DNA from: Chrysomallon squamiferum
Lineage: Eukaryota; Animalia; Mollusca
Assembly (NCBI GenBank): GCA_012295275.1
Contig: CM022673.1
Location: 3,658,001 to 3,722,000, forward strand
Length of the DNA: 64,000 nucleotides
Direction: 5' to 3'
Shown: positions 40,295 through 55,300 of the stretch, one piece after another
Position numbering within the stretch: the first letter of the stretch is position 1
Layout of the letters: the number at the start of each line of letters is the position of its first letter
Notes under the pieces: model-generated
What the model was told of the DNA's origin: nothing
What the model saw: only the letters and a program-made list of their open reading frames with translations
Database searches by the model: none
Translations under genes and position numbers: made by a program

Positions 40295-41894
40295 ATCAAA
40301 TAAAATAAATAAAACAAATAATATTAATAAAATTTAAATGGTAATAAAAACAACAGGAGAAACAATGACCAAAAAACAAAAAAAAAACCACATAAAAGTC
40401 CAGATTTTGTTGACCATTTTTACTTCAAGCAAATGCAAAACCCCAAAACAACTAAATAGGCCTGTAGCTTTATTCCTATCTCATTAACATCACAATATGA
40501 CAGGGTGGTTTTTTTGTTAACAAATATTCATTCATAATCAAACTTAAACACCATCAAGTGATGTGTGTAACATGATTTTTAGCTTGAACTGATCAGCAAG
40601 TCAAACAGAGAAGGCAATGTGAACATTTTTTAATCACTACATATTTGGAAAAACGTTCTTTTATGACAATACAAGACATTTCTGGAAACAAACAAGATGC
40701 TAAATAACAGATTATAAAAAAGATTATTAATCTATTTTTTCTTCAAACGTACATATAATATATTTATACTCATACATATTAACATACACACACATATATA
40801 AACACATACAAATACAAGTAAACATAGCCAATACATATATGCATACTATCTGTCTCCAATAAATTTATTTTTCTCAAACTGCGCACAAAATAAAATACTG
40901 TAAGTAAATAATATATTAAAAATTTAAATTTTAGTTTAATATATTTTATAGAAAAAAAAAAAAAATTTAAAATTAAAAAATATTGGAAGAAAGAAATACA
41001 TTAAAAATTCTAATTTTTGCAGTTAACATATTTAACAGAATTTTTTTTTTTTTATATATATATATATAAAAAAAAAAAAAAAGATATTCAAGAAAGAAAG
41101 AAAAAAAGTATATTTCTGGATATGTCGAAAGCTGGTCTAAAATTTACCTCTAGAGAACTCTGACATTCAGTTTCGTCATTATCCAGTTTTCTATAGTTCC
41201 CAGCACAAACACAAACTGATGCTGAACATCCCATTGATATTACTACTAAGTTATATACATATAAAAATTCATTTTAAATAGGGTTGCTCTAAACCTTTCA
41301 GTTTAGTAAACAGAATTCCTCTTAGAAAAATGATCTTTTTAGTTATTTTGATTTATAACAGAGATTTTCAGTGAAGCAGCTTAACCACCTGACAGTACAG
41401 ATCTAATAAGTAAATAAAAGTTGATTTTTAAAAAAAATCTGTGACAATAAAATCTTTTTGATAAAATATTAAAAAAAAAAAAAAAAAAAATAAGTAAATA
41501 AAATAAACGACTATTGCATACAGTGATCACCACAGTAATCTGTTCTTTTTGGTAACCTTAATTCCTAACTATAATGTTTTCACTTCCCTAAGTTATATGA
41601 CACCAAAAGAATTCAGTTTAGAAGACACCACTGTTCATGTGACTGTCTTCAATACCAACAAGTAATTCATCCAGATCTTTACTGCATAGAACAATGAACT
41701 ACAAACAATAATATGCCAAGAATATAATGTCCAACTGTTTTAGAAACTGTCAAAATACACTTGAGTAATTAAGCAACTATTAGAAGTCAGTCAGAAAAAT
41801 CAAGGCATGAAGAAATTCATGTATTAATAAAAGAATATTGATTTTAAATAGATTAGCTAATGCGTGGCACTGCAGTGCAGGTATTAACATGTCT

Positions 41895-41928
<34 letters not shown>

Positions 41929-42244
41929 TAACAGCAATCTTGGGTTTATATTATGATTACAATCTATTACTGTACTCAGCCACTGACCACTGCTGAGAGT
42001 AAAGAAATATATGAGATTTGTTGTTGGTTTTATGTACTAATCTAATTAATTTATTAATTATTATTACTGTGTATTTTTATGCTTTATTTCTAATATTTTT
42101 TTAATAATAGGAAAAAAAAAAGAGGCTAATGAATCACACAAGAGATCATTTTGTTTTTCAATTTTTTTTATAATGAATGTCATTATGCAATATGTTCTAA
42201 GTTGTGTAGTGAAAGCTTGTACAGTGACTTATGATTAACAACTG

Positions 42245-42281
<37 letters not shown>

Positions 42282-45200
42282 AAAAAATAACAATAACCAA
42301 AGACAGGTGCACACACAGCACAATAAACTTGCATAACAATACAGTGAGTATTAACCAAGTCTGTCAGCAGATAAAATGTCTCTCAGTCTTTTTATGTGTG
42401 GTCTTTGTAACAAACATTGTAGCCCATGGCAACGATACAAACAAATCAGGCATTTGAATACATATTAACATTAAGCAGATACAGTGAACCAAACTGATAA
42501 GCATAAACCTGTGAAGATAAAATGACAACATATATTACAGCTCTATGGAAAACTATCATTTTAGTCATGAAAGTCATCTACTATAGCATATTTACAATAT
42601 GCCTGTTATATGCTCAGTCTTTATTGATTTATTTGACATCTGCTGTATGTTAAAACAATGTAATCAGCACAAGTTAAATATTTATTTACATTCTCATGTA
42701 TTATGTGTGACTCAAAGTGCTCATCACTGCAATTTAATAGTCAAACAGGCAGATGATTGTTTCAGTCAATATAACAATACTTTTACTGAATTTATAAACA
42801 TTGTGATGTACTGATTAAGACACCAATGTCACAAGAGCATGCTAGATGGCAACTTTGCCATCATGGCACCAATACCAGGTTAATTCAGGGATGCATAAAA
42901 TGACAAAAAAATTTCTCTAGTACTCAAACAGGGTGCTAAAGATGAAAATAATTTACAATAACTTCTGTGATTAACAGCACATTAAAAACATTTAGAAACC
43001 GATTTTACATTTAAAAAAAAAAAAAAAAAAAAAAAGCTTACTGAATACATTAAGCTAAAAATGAGAAATTTTGTTTTCCCATTTTACATGGTGACTAATA
43101 TATTTTTCATTAAAAAAAATGTTTACATTATAATTTTTTTTTTTTTTTTTATTATCATTATTTATTTATTTGTTACTATTTTTGTTTTTGCACTACTTAA
43201 ATCATTTCAAGACTACTATTTCCACCAAGTGATCCAGTTTATTATCTCATATTCAATTATATATTCTACATTTTAAGTTAGAAAATACCCTGGCTCCGTC
43301 ATTAATGGTATTCTGTAGCCAATGAATCAAAATAGAACATTTCTTCTAAATATTAACCACAGATACATTTTAAAAAACAAATTTAATGTTCTAATTAGTT
43401 TCATGTGAATTACTGTTCCAACACAAAAGACAACAAAGAAAAAAAGTGTTTGAGAAGTATACAAAATCAAATTTCAAAAGAAGTCAAGAATCTATATACA
43501 AACAATGAATGTTTTCTAGTGTACTTCACATTTAATTTTTGGAATATATGTTTCAATACTCAACTAATAAAAAATAAAAAAATAAAAAAATAAAAATAAA
43601 AAAATGGAAAAAATCAGAGATCTATAAAAATTAATTATCTCAGTTTCAAAGACAGACAGAAAAAAATACCACTGTAAGATTTAAACACAGATTAATATTA
43701 AACAAACCTCTTCTTTTAATCTTCTCCGTTCGTCATCTCGGTTTCTTTTTTCTTGCTTTTTCTTCTGTTTTTCTGGATCATGGAGGGTCACAAATAACTT
43801 GTGTTTCCAGTGACCACTGTCATTGGGATCACAATCTTCACCACCCATAACTCCATACTAGAAAAGAATACAAAAAAGATTGTGAGGCACAGGGTGATAC
43901 AGAACTAATCTAACCAAATATACTGGAAGAAAAAACTAAAATTAGGTTCATTAAAATAATTTTCTTTTAATATGTGTACTGATAATAATTATTATAAAAA
44001 CAATTTTTTATTATAAATTATATATATATACTTTAAACAATATTAAGTATCCATCATTTGTTTTTTAAAAGTCCTCTTAGAATTGTTACAATCTTGTTTT
44101 TCCTCTTAAGAAACAATAGTGGGAAAAAAAAAAAAAAAAAAAAAAAAAATCCTGTTATGGTGATATGTTCTGACAGCCTGATTGACTGCTGAACATTTCT
44201 TACAATATTCAAAGCTGTAGCGTAAAAAATAAGCAATAAGTTGTAAAAGCAAAAGAAAATATAATCATTAAAAAACAACACCAACAAAACAAGTTTGAAT
44301 GCTGACAACAAAAGCTTCACAACAAATTGAAGAAAAATATTTCAAAGAAACATCCATGGTGAAGAGAAATGTTTAGTAAGAGAGTATCTTTATTTATTTA
44401 TTTATTTATTTTTTTTTTTTTGTAGAATAATATCCTTCTAACAAAGTAATCAATGAGGAAAGAAACCATCAACAAAATTACTGACGAAGTAAAATATTCA
44501 GTCCAAGGCAACTGTTAAACTAGAACAGGTTTACAATGAAAACCTTTTGGGCAAGATAAACTTTAAAAAACCCACAAAAACAATATGAAAACTTGACATC
44601 AGATTCTACTCAGCACCTCCTTTCTCTCAATATTCAACTCTTCCTACAATAATTATATGAAAAATAAATTTAATGACTTGAATAAGTGTCTGTATTGTAT
44701 CATGAGTTAAGGAGGGCATGATCCTATGGGACCAAGATTCTAGGACAGTTTTCTGTTTGCAGCATTGTGTTAATGTTAGAATCTTAGTTGTAATTACAGA
44801 GATAATTTTACAGTGTTCATCCCAGTATTAACAACAATATCATAAAGGTTAATAAATCACCATTTTGGGGTGAAAAAAAAAAAACACACATAGAAAAATA
44901 AATTTATAAATTTATAAATAAATAGTGTTTGTTGATAAGTTTGAATGGAAATGTAATAAGCTGATTGTTATCTATAGAAAAACATAAAAACAGATTGATT
45001 TGTATAAATATATCAGTGAGTGACAATGATTGAACTCTCTTATGTATGGTCAGGAATTCATAGCATACAAATAGGTAGTTGGAAGAAACAAAAGACTTAA
45101 AAATGAAAACAGTGGTAAAAAGAAAATAAATACAACTGGAATGCCAAAACAGAATAGTTCAAAGCACAAATATGATTGAAAATGGGAATAATAAAGAACT

Positions 45201-47684
45201 AAACACATCTGTGTGGAAAAGAATGATGCAAAAATGCTGAAGGTTTTCAAATAAACACAGTGAGATGAGTGATGACAGGAACACAGTTGTGGTGAATGGA
45301 TGTACACAACAACTGTAAATGATCAGCTTTAAAAAAACTAGAGTTTTAACTTCTTTTTTTTTCTTTTTTTTTAATTACCTCATGGGAAACAATTTTCCTA
45401 GTAGGAAATTGCATGCGTATGCATTGTGTTTGAATTAAATTGATACACACCTGCAAAGAAAGAGAAATCTGGTGATATTAAGAAATAAAAGAAACACTGC
45501 AGCAAAACTTACCCAAGCAGAATACCGAAACTGCATCATCTCCAGTGACAATGTACAAAAAAAAAAAAAGCTACCACCAGAGAAATCTGAGAGACAAGCT
45601 TCAAAGAAGATACTGAAAGGATACAACACCTCGATACTGAATACTGGATACTGAAAGGATACAACACGTCCTACCCTGATGTTTTTATATAAACTGTTTT
45701 GCGAATATTATTATTAATGATTGCAGGTCATACTGACTTACCCGTGGCAGAGTTGTGTATGATGTCTGCATGGCAGGATAAGACTGGTACTCTTCCAGGG
45801 CTTGTCTCCGGGGCGGAGAGCCGTAGTGGTCACTGTCAGACATGGGGGGACTGATGAAACGCTGAGGACTGTTTGAGACCAGGGAGCGAAGGTTTCGCTG
45901 TTTCAACGATCTTCTCTTCTTCTCTTTGCGACTGCTGAGAAATTCATCACCCGTTCCGTCACTGTTTTCTTCCGAGGCAGAGTTGCTTCGAACTGAAAAA
46001 AAAATAAAATCAATGTATTTAATAACACTACATCTGAATTTAACAAGCAGCTAAACTACTAACACACTTCAAGGATGAACTTGTGTTTAAATGTAACTTC
46101 CGTATCAAAATCTCTTGTAACTGTTTATCATACACATCTTTAAGTGTTTTCAAATACAACACAAGTACAAAATCTGCTCACCTCTGTCAGCACTGGCACT
46201 GACCCTCTGACTTCTGTGTTTTTCAGAATACAAAGGTTTAGCATAGGCATCGTGTATTTTCTGTTTTGACTTCTTTCTGTACGGAGTGGGTCGTCGACTC
46301 ACTCGGTGGTAGATAGATTCCTGCTTTTTCTCCCGTTCCAATGAACTGTACTCGGAGTCATCTGAATCTGAACCTTCAACAAAAACATAAATGTTTGAAA
46401 TTAAAAACAATTTAAAAACAAATAAAATAAAATGATGTCATAAACTGATACAGAAGTACAACACATTTATTTCACTATTTATTCACACTGTGAAGTAAAC
46501 TTTAATAAGAAACAAATAAATTTCTGGGAAGTCTATAACAAGGGTATGTCCACTATTATTTACAGCTGCAAAAATTAACAACAAAATAAAATAATGGAGG
46601 TATAACAAACAATTAGATTTACCTGATTTATTTACAACATCAACATTAATAATAAATAAAATAACCAAGTGGAAATATACAAAAATGCAGTTAACTTATT
46701 TGTATAATTAATAAGAAATAAATTCAAAAACAAATTATGCTGTGTCTAATGATTTACCTTTATTTTTCTGTCTTGATGTTGATTTGATTCTACATAATTT
46801 CCCTGCAGGCAGAGCATCCTGAACTAGAGCATAATCATTCTCCTCTGCTTCAATTCGACTAACAGCATCCTGTACAGATAAACATTACAAACATCAGTCA
46901 AAAGAGTGGCTCCTTGTTAAAATATTTCATAAAAAAAAAAATTAAAAGAAGAAATAAAGAAAAAAGATTTTTAATATGTCAAGATAAAGATAAGTCGTTT
47001 TCTTTTTACAATAAAACAAAACAAAACAATGTTAGTAATAATTCAAAGAGGAAAAGAAGATTCTTAATTTTCATATGACACCTCAAAACAGTGGTTTTTA
47101 ATCATTCAGAAAAAGAAAGAGAAGTGAACAGGCTCAGAGAAAAGTTTGTAACCATTCATTCAAAACAGTAACAACAACAGTATTAATTAACAACAACCAA
47201 CATCAACCTAATCATAATGCACTGTTTGTATGTGAGATGCCAGTTTCAAGATATAATTCTGGGATATAGTTTTTTGAAAGAAACCTTCACATGCATAACA
47301 AATGATACTTGATTAACTATTTTAAGTATCAGTCATCCTACCCCCTCCCCCCTCAAAAAAAAAAAAAATGGAACAAAATGAAAACCGTAACTGCAACCAT
47401 CAAAAAAGAAAAGCCATAATATCTAAAAAATCTTACTTTAAAATAAAACAATAATACAAAAACCCCAAACCTGTAAAAAGATTTCTTTCAACCATTTAAA
47501 AAACTTTCTAAAGTCAATTTTTTTTTTTTTAAATGTGCTAGTGAATTTATATTTTTGTTTTCAAATTGTATTTTAGAAATTGTTTTATATGATTCAAGTT
47601 CTAATCAAGAATCTTCCAAATATCTTTTGTTTATTAATTCCACCCAAAAATATCAGAATAAAGAAATATATTTTAAAGAGAGGG

Positions 47685-47718
<34 letters not shown>

Positions 47719-48017
47719 AAAATAAAATAAAATGAATAATAATAATAATAATAAACAAAAAATAAACAAAATTAAGATTATAACAAAAAGAACCCAAAAA
47801 AAAACTAGAAACAAATGATAAATTTATAATTAGTATATTATCTCCCAGTGAATTTTAAAAACCCTATTGTACAGATGAAAACTCATTAGATTCGTCAGCC
47901 ATGGATACAATAGTGAATGAGATTTACCTTCACTGTACAGTAATCTGGGATTTCTATAGGTTCTGGAATTGCTAAAGGAGCTTGAATCTGGTTCGCACCC
48001 TGTGACTGGAAATGCAA

Positions 48018-48052
<35 letters not shown>

Positions 48053-48188
48053 CTTGGTTACTACAGAACAGAAACAAACCCAACACCATCAGTCATTTCA
48101 CACATGCATTTTCATGTCAAACAGTCGTGCAAACTGGTTAGTTGTTAAACAAAATGTTTTAAAAAACAAACAATCTCAGTCAATTCAA

Positions 48189-48225
<37 letters not shown>

Positions 48226-49329
48226 AACATCAGAGAAATATAAAAAATATGAGAACATAATATATTTATTATATATATATAGATATATATATATATATAT
48301 ATTATAAGAAAAACTTCAGATTTTATGTTTCTGGAAAATGAAAAATTCATAAAATCTGATTTAAAAAACAACAAAAAGAAGTTTAATTAACTTACATATG
48401 AGAATTATAACAAAATTTCTTTTATCAGTGTTTACAAAAATCAGAATATACAGAGTTTTTGTTTTTTTTAATTTCTTTTACTAAGAAGGTAACACATTTT
48501 AATCATGGTGTGTATGGAGGATCCCTCTAAATCTACTGAACACACAAAAACATATTACAATACTCCAGAGATTCAGTGATAACAGACGTGGTCATCAAAG
48601 TACAGATGGCTAAGCTACAGTGTACTTGCATTACTACAAATGAAGCTTTAATCTTGAACACATAATTATTAATCATTTTAATCTGAACAGTTTCTCAGTA
48701 TATCAGAATTTAATTTAAAAATTAAATTAATTATCAATTTTTTTCTGTTTTGGCTGGTGAATGAGATCACCGTAAGCATTTAAAGATTAGAAAATGCATG
48801 TAAAACATCAACAGTTATTTAACAATTCCGTATTATCCACTGTGATTTTACCCCTAGCTGTACATTTTTAAATGAACAAAAAACATCACCTCTAATTTTT
48901 TGTTTTTCTTATCTTAAACGACATCATAAAAAGATGCAGAACATTTAATCAGAAAATATATTACTCTTTTAGAACTGTGTGACTAAAGATTTAAAAAAAT
49001 ATTATCTCCAGCTGTAAAGTTTTAATATTTCAGATATTTGGAAAGTTGAGTTTATCTCACCTGTGAACGAACGGCCATGTTTTTCCTCCGGTCAGCTGAC
49101 GTTTGACAGTCGTTTTCTGCCCACTCCGCTTCGTGCTGCGACCGGCTCGAACCCAAGCGCATCTGGTGGTAGGTGTTGACCAGTGACTGGTTGTAGCCGT
49201 CGTTGTTTGACCACACTGCGTTGCCATGTGGATGACGGTGATGACTGTAAGCAGTGTTGTCTACCCAGGCTGAATATAAAAATCAAAAAATTGTAATAGT
49301 TTTTTAAGAAGTGAATAAAACAGGAAGAA

Positions 49330-49360
<31 letters not shown>

Positions 49361-52300
49361 ATACATTATAAAAAAAATTAGCAATATTTTTTTATGATTA
49401 TTTGGTTTTATTTATTATTTTATTCATTTATTTTTATTATTATTATTATTATTATTTTTTTTTTTTTTTTTTTTTTTTACACAGGTGACAATGTTCATGG
49501 TTGTTTTTTTTGATGTTTTTATGGTATTGATGATTTTTGTTTGACTTTATCTACATTTTAAACCTTTCTGTTTTGTAAACATTTTTGTAACATACTTTTC
49601 TTTGTTGCTTATAGAAAATGTTCTGTCTTTTTCTAATAATAAAGCAAGGTAAGACAAATTATTTCCACATTAAATATTTTGAAATAAATCTGCTGCTAAC
49701 AGGTTTTCTTCTTTGCTAATAAAATTGTATGCAGAAATTATGTGAAATTTTGCACAGTGGCAAAACCATTTTGGGATAAATGTCTGTTTAAAATATTGCA
49801 TTTATATATCAAATCTTAAATCTAATAGTAAAAAAACAACAAAATGTATCTAATATTTCTAAAACATGTTAATACAAAGTCATCTAAAACACATAATACC
49901 AAATTTAAATCTTAGAAAGCTATGAACCTAATGCACATACCTGTACTAACCACTAATTTCACCGATCAGCTTTATTACCCGAATTATTTTATTAACAGAA
50001 AAATACCTTTACATTGGTATCTATAATATTAAACTTTATTAATATTTGCCGTGATTGTTGATTAGATATTTCTCACAAATACTAAACAACAGAAAGCATT
50101 TCTAAACTGATAAAATATTTCTAAACTGCCACAAAATATCCTAAACCATTTCTGATATGGACAAACTATTTGTGATTTATTAGCAGATAAGATAAAAATA
50201 TCTTCTAAATTTGTGAAAAGAAAATGAAAATCTCTAAACTAAGATAAAATATTTTCATGTTTGAGTAAAAATATTTCTAAACCGCCTGAAATATTTCCTA
50301 AAACAAATATTTATATAACAGACTCTTTAAGTGAATTTTAAAAATTGTTCAGTTATTTTTTCTACTGCATGCTTGACTTTTCAAAATAAATAATTGTAAA
50401 TAAAATTTAAAAAATAAATGTTAGAAAAGTAAATTTTTATTTTAGTATTACTTTACCTGCACATTCTAGTAGTCACAAATTATCACAGGTAAGCAAAATA
50501 AAAATAAAAATAACAAAAAATAAATAATTAACAAAATAATATTGTTTTAAAATTTAGTAAGTATAAAAAGAAAATGTGGAATTTTCACTAAAATCAATAC
50601 GTTAGTATTTTAGTAAAAATTAAACTCATTACTATTTTTTAATATTTTAAAACGAATTAATTCCAAATAAAAATTTTTAATATCCATTTAATATTATATA
50701 GATAATTTACTGTTACACATTGGCTGTCATTTTAAAATTTACTGATCTTAGTAAATTTAATAATAAAACCAAAAAATTATACTTTATAGCATGCATAATA
50801 TTTCAACAATTTTTCAAACTACTTGAGTCTCTATTTATATACAGTGTAAATCTACATTAGAATGACTATAATAGGCAATGCTAATTTAAAACTACTTTTG
50901 CTAAGCTAACACACTCATTTGTTTACTATCCTGAACAAATTTATATCATGCACATTAGAAATATGTGTTAAATTAGTACTGCAACATTACACAAATCCTT
51001 TGAAATAATTCAAAACAAATAAAATGTAAGAAATATTACATGAAGCCATCAATAATTCAAAATACAATATATGTAATATTTCAATAAATAAACAGAAAAA
51101 AAACAAAAAAAAAACATTGCAACAAAAACAAAAATAACCTCAAATCTGATGTAAGTTAATACAAGAACTGGCAGTCAATAAATTAAAATTAAAATTAAAA
51201 TTAAAATTAAATACTCATAATAACAAACATTTGTTATATTTAAATAAAGAAAACAGAAAAATTAAAACATAAAGCTGCTATCTGGTCTGGAGATGCAATG
51301 GAAACTAAAATTAAATAAACAATGAAAGATGCAGGATGGGCATTATTTCATGCCACTCTTTCATGCACTGATTATATTTTTTTCTCAGTACAATCTACAG
51401 GTTTCAAACAAAAATAATTATATGAAAATGAAAATGTATTTTAAAAGTGATAATAATTAAACCAAAAATTAAATAAAAATAATAGTCACTGTTTCTGACA
51501 CAAAAATGATAATTTCCAAATAACATTAAACTAAATCTGAAATATTTATTTTACTATTTATTTACTCAGTAATTTATATAAAATAAAATAAAATAAAATA
51601 AAATAAAATAAAATAAAATAAAATAAAATAAAATAAAAAAAAATAAATAAATAAATAAATAAAGTTTACAAATTTAAACAATTTTTTAATTTGCAATTTG
51701 GATGTTATAAATTTTGGATCAATATCTAATGACTTCTGTAACAAGCAGAAAAAATAAAGCCATAAAAAATAATTTAAAAATTTGAAATAAAAATACAAGT
51801 AGTCCATTAATTAATTAAAATAAAAATTTAAAAATAAATGCAAATATAAAATAAATAAATAAAAAATAAAATATAAAATAAAAATAGCAATAATCGAAAT
51901 TAAAAATCACAGAATCACCGCTTCTAAATGACCAGCATTGAAATCAATAAAAAAAAAAAAAAACCCAAAAAACACAAAAAAATGCAAAATCAAAAAGAAG
52001 CAATCCACTGTATGTCTTTGAAAAATAATTAAAAAATATGCTAAAAGCAAATCTGAGAGGTTCATGCATAAAAAAAAAAAGATTAAAAAAAGGCAAATTA
52101 ATTTTCACCCTCTTCACTGCTTGAAGTCTGTTTGGATGTCAGTAGATGTGTTCGTTCATTTACAGGCTCATTCAATGCCCAGGCTTTGTTTTAAAGAAAA
52201 GAGAAATAGGCTTGTAAATAAAAAGAAATATAATAAAAACTCCATGCTCCTGTTTTAAATCACAGTGGTTTATGTTAATTACTGATATATACTATTACAT

Positions 52301-55300
52301 TCACTGACAACATTAAAAATAATTAATTCTGTTAACACACTGTCAATTTATATTCTCAAGAAGAATATACTTATTTTTCTTTATTTTCAACAGCAAAAAC
52401 AAATTATGCCAAGAATTGTTTTCCGATATGTATGATCCACAAATGTTCATAATAATCATGCCAATGCAATGCATTAATACAATTTTATTGGAAATATTTA
52501 TTACTTTAATCCTAACAGTACAGAAAAAGATATCATATAAATAAATAAAATATATTATTTATAAAAACATTATGACAAATCCTGATAATTGTCTTATCAA
52601 ATGAAATTAATAAATTAGTATCTAACAAGTGGAGGAAAAAGGAAGCAATGCAATATGAAAAAAACAAAAAAAAACAAATTAAAGCCACCAAAAAATCAGA
52701 TCTCTTCATATAAATTTGTCAACATATAGATTTAACTTAGTTGTTTTTTCAGTACAGACATGTATTTAATACAAGATTATTTGTATCAAAGTAAAATTAA
52801 ATAGTGTTTTGAAATATAAATTAAAAACATAAGCTGGTAAATTTAAAAAAAAATAAAAAATAGAAACCAAAAAGAAATCACCTATAAAAAACACATAAAA
52901 AGGAAATAATGGAGGAAAAAAAGGATTTTTTTATTGTATGAATAAATCCAGCCTTAGGAAACAAAAATTTAAAAATTAAATATTAAGCCTTCACCAGTTT
53001 ATACACACATATATACTAAAACAGTTCAATTAGGGCTGCCAGAAACACAATTAAATAAATCATATTTAGAAAACCTATTTAAATAAATACATAAATAAGT
53101 ACAAGCAAAAGCAAAAATTGCTTCAGAGTCTCAAAGCAAGACAACACCTGAACTATCCTCATTTTTGCTAGCAAATATTTTTTGTTAGATAATCAATAAT
53201 TATAAAACAATATATTAGAAATATATTACACTCAGTTTACAGTGACAATTTTTCACTTTATAGTCCACTTACATGTACATGTATTTGTGTTTATTATCAT
53301 GCAAACACCATATGTAATCTTTCTTATAAAATCAAAATAATTTTTTCATTTTTTAAAGGCTGTAAAATTATTAAAATAATAATTCTTAAGTTTTCAAATA
53401 TATATAATTTTATCTTATGAAATAAACAAGCTCTCCCACAAATAAATAAATCATAAAAATGTAAAAATATTATCTTTCTATATTTTGAAACTCTGAAGCA
53501 GACACTCAACACCATATAATCTTGGGCTACAGTATACAGATATATATTTTTTTTATATTTTTTCAGATCACAACACCCAATCACCTCCTTCCTCCTCAGA
53601 CTGAGTCTCCAGTTTTAAACTGTAAGATTTGCTCATCTGCGTGGACAACACAAGGTCAGAGTCCGAGAACTCAGTGCTCTCGGTCATTGTTTTAGAATCA
53701 GAACTCTCTAGAATGGGCAAGGACTTGCGATGGTCCTTGGTGTGCTGGGCTGAAAACCAGAGTCACGTCATGCACGATTGTAATTAATTAACAGTTAGTA
53801 GTAACTAAAAAGAAGTTACAAAACGGAATAGTGTGCGAGATCACTGTTAACTGTTATTGTATTAGTAATTGAAAAAAGTATTATAAAATGGAACTGAATA
53901 AAACTAGCTATTGTGTTGTTAATATTCACTGTAAGTAACAGTTTAAATTTGTTTTTGTTTTTTAATGAAATGAATAACATAGACAATTATTATATATTAA
54001 ACAGTGTTAGTTTTAAAAAAAAAACTTTTAGAAAAAAGATTCTTATAATTAATATGTATTAATTAATTTGTTCTTTGTTAATAAAGTGTTATTTTTTCAA
54101 CTGTATGAAACAGAAATGTAACCATTAATGAATGTATTATAGTTGTGTAAATAATTATTAAAAAGATAAAAAAGGGATAAAAAGTTTAGTTTTTTTCAAG
54201 CAGATACTTTTGTTATCTGGTAAAGGAAAATGTCAAGGAACAGATATTAATCAGACAATAAAGCATTCTAATTTATTACATAATACATAATTTTTAAGAG
54301 AATAAATCTGCATACAATGTTAACATTATAATAACAATATAAAAAACAACAACAAACAAATAAACAGTAACAAAATAACAGCATGTTAATATTTCTATAA
54401 AAAAAAAAAAGAGGTGAATATTGTTATTCAAGTAGATTCTATTTTTAATAGAAGCTTATTAAGATACACAAGAAGACAAATTACCTGCATACATTGTACG
54501 TCTAGTTTTAACATAGCTAGGTTTAACCAGATGTTCACCATTTGGCTGGCCCACTTCTGCATAGATTTCCTCCGATGGGGAAGCTGATGACGCTCTCTCG
54601 TGGTCACTATCGGAATACTGACTGTGGTACAAATTCGGTTGGTCATAAAGTGGTTCTGAGTCTTCTGTGCTTTGACTGGAAAACAAAAATGAGATAATCA
54701 ATAAGAGAAAATGGACACTCTGAAAGAAAAAAGATATAAGAAGTACCAAATCAGTAAACACCGAGAAACTGTCAACCACTGAACTTAGGTTTGGACACAT
54801 TTATAAATCTTTTCAAAATCAGGAGACATGATCTTTAAAAGGAACAATCATGAAGTTCAAAATGAGCAGTCTTCATCTTCAAAATGAATTATGATGACCT
54901 TCAAAATTACTAATCATGATCTTCAAAGTTAACAGTTATGATCTTCGAAATCAGAAATCAGATGCTTCAAAAACCAATCACGATGAAAAAAAAAGAGTAA
55001 TCATCATCATCATGTTTTTTTTTTAAAAAGAGCTATCAAGATCTTCTTAAACAACAAGTGTGGTCAAATAAATAGTCACAGTGTTAAAAATGAGTAATCA
55101 TGATGTTCAGAAACGGCAGTCCTTCAAAATAAACTATGATGATCTTCAAGCATGAACAATCTATAAAACAAATCACCTGTTGCTTGTGCTACTCTTGTGA
55201 GTTGGGTAGACACTGTAGTGCTGTGGAAGTGGAGCTGGTGGACGTTTGTCTAGGAAAGTCAAGCGGGGGTCTTCGTATGCAGGAGGACTCTGCTCTTCCT

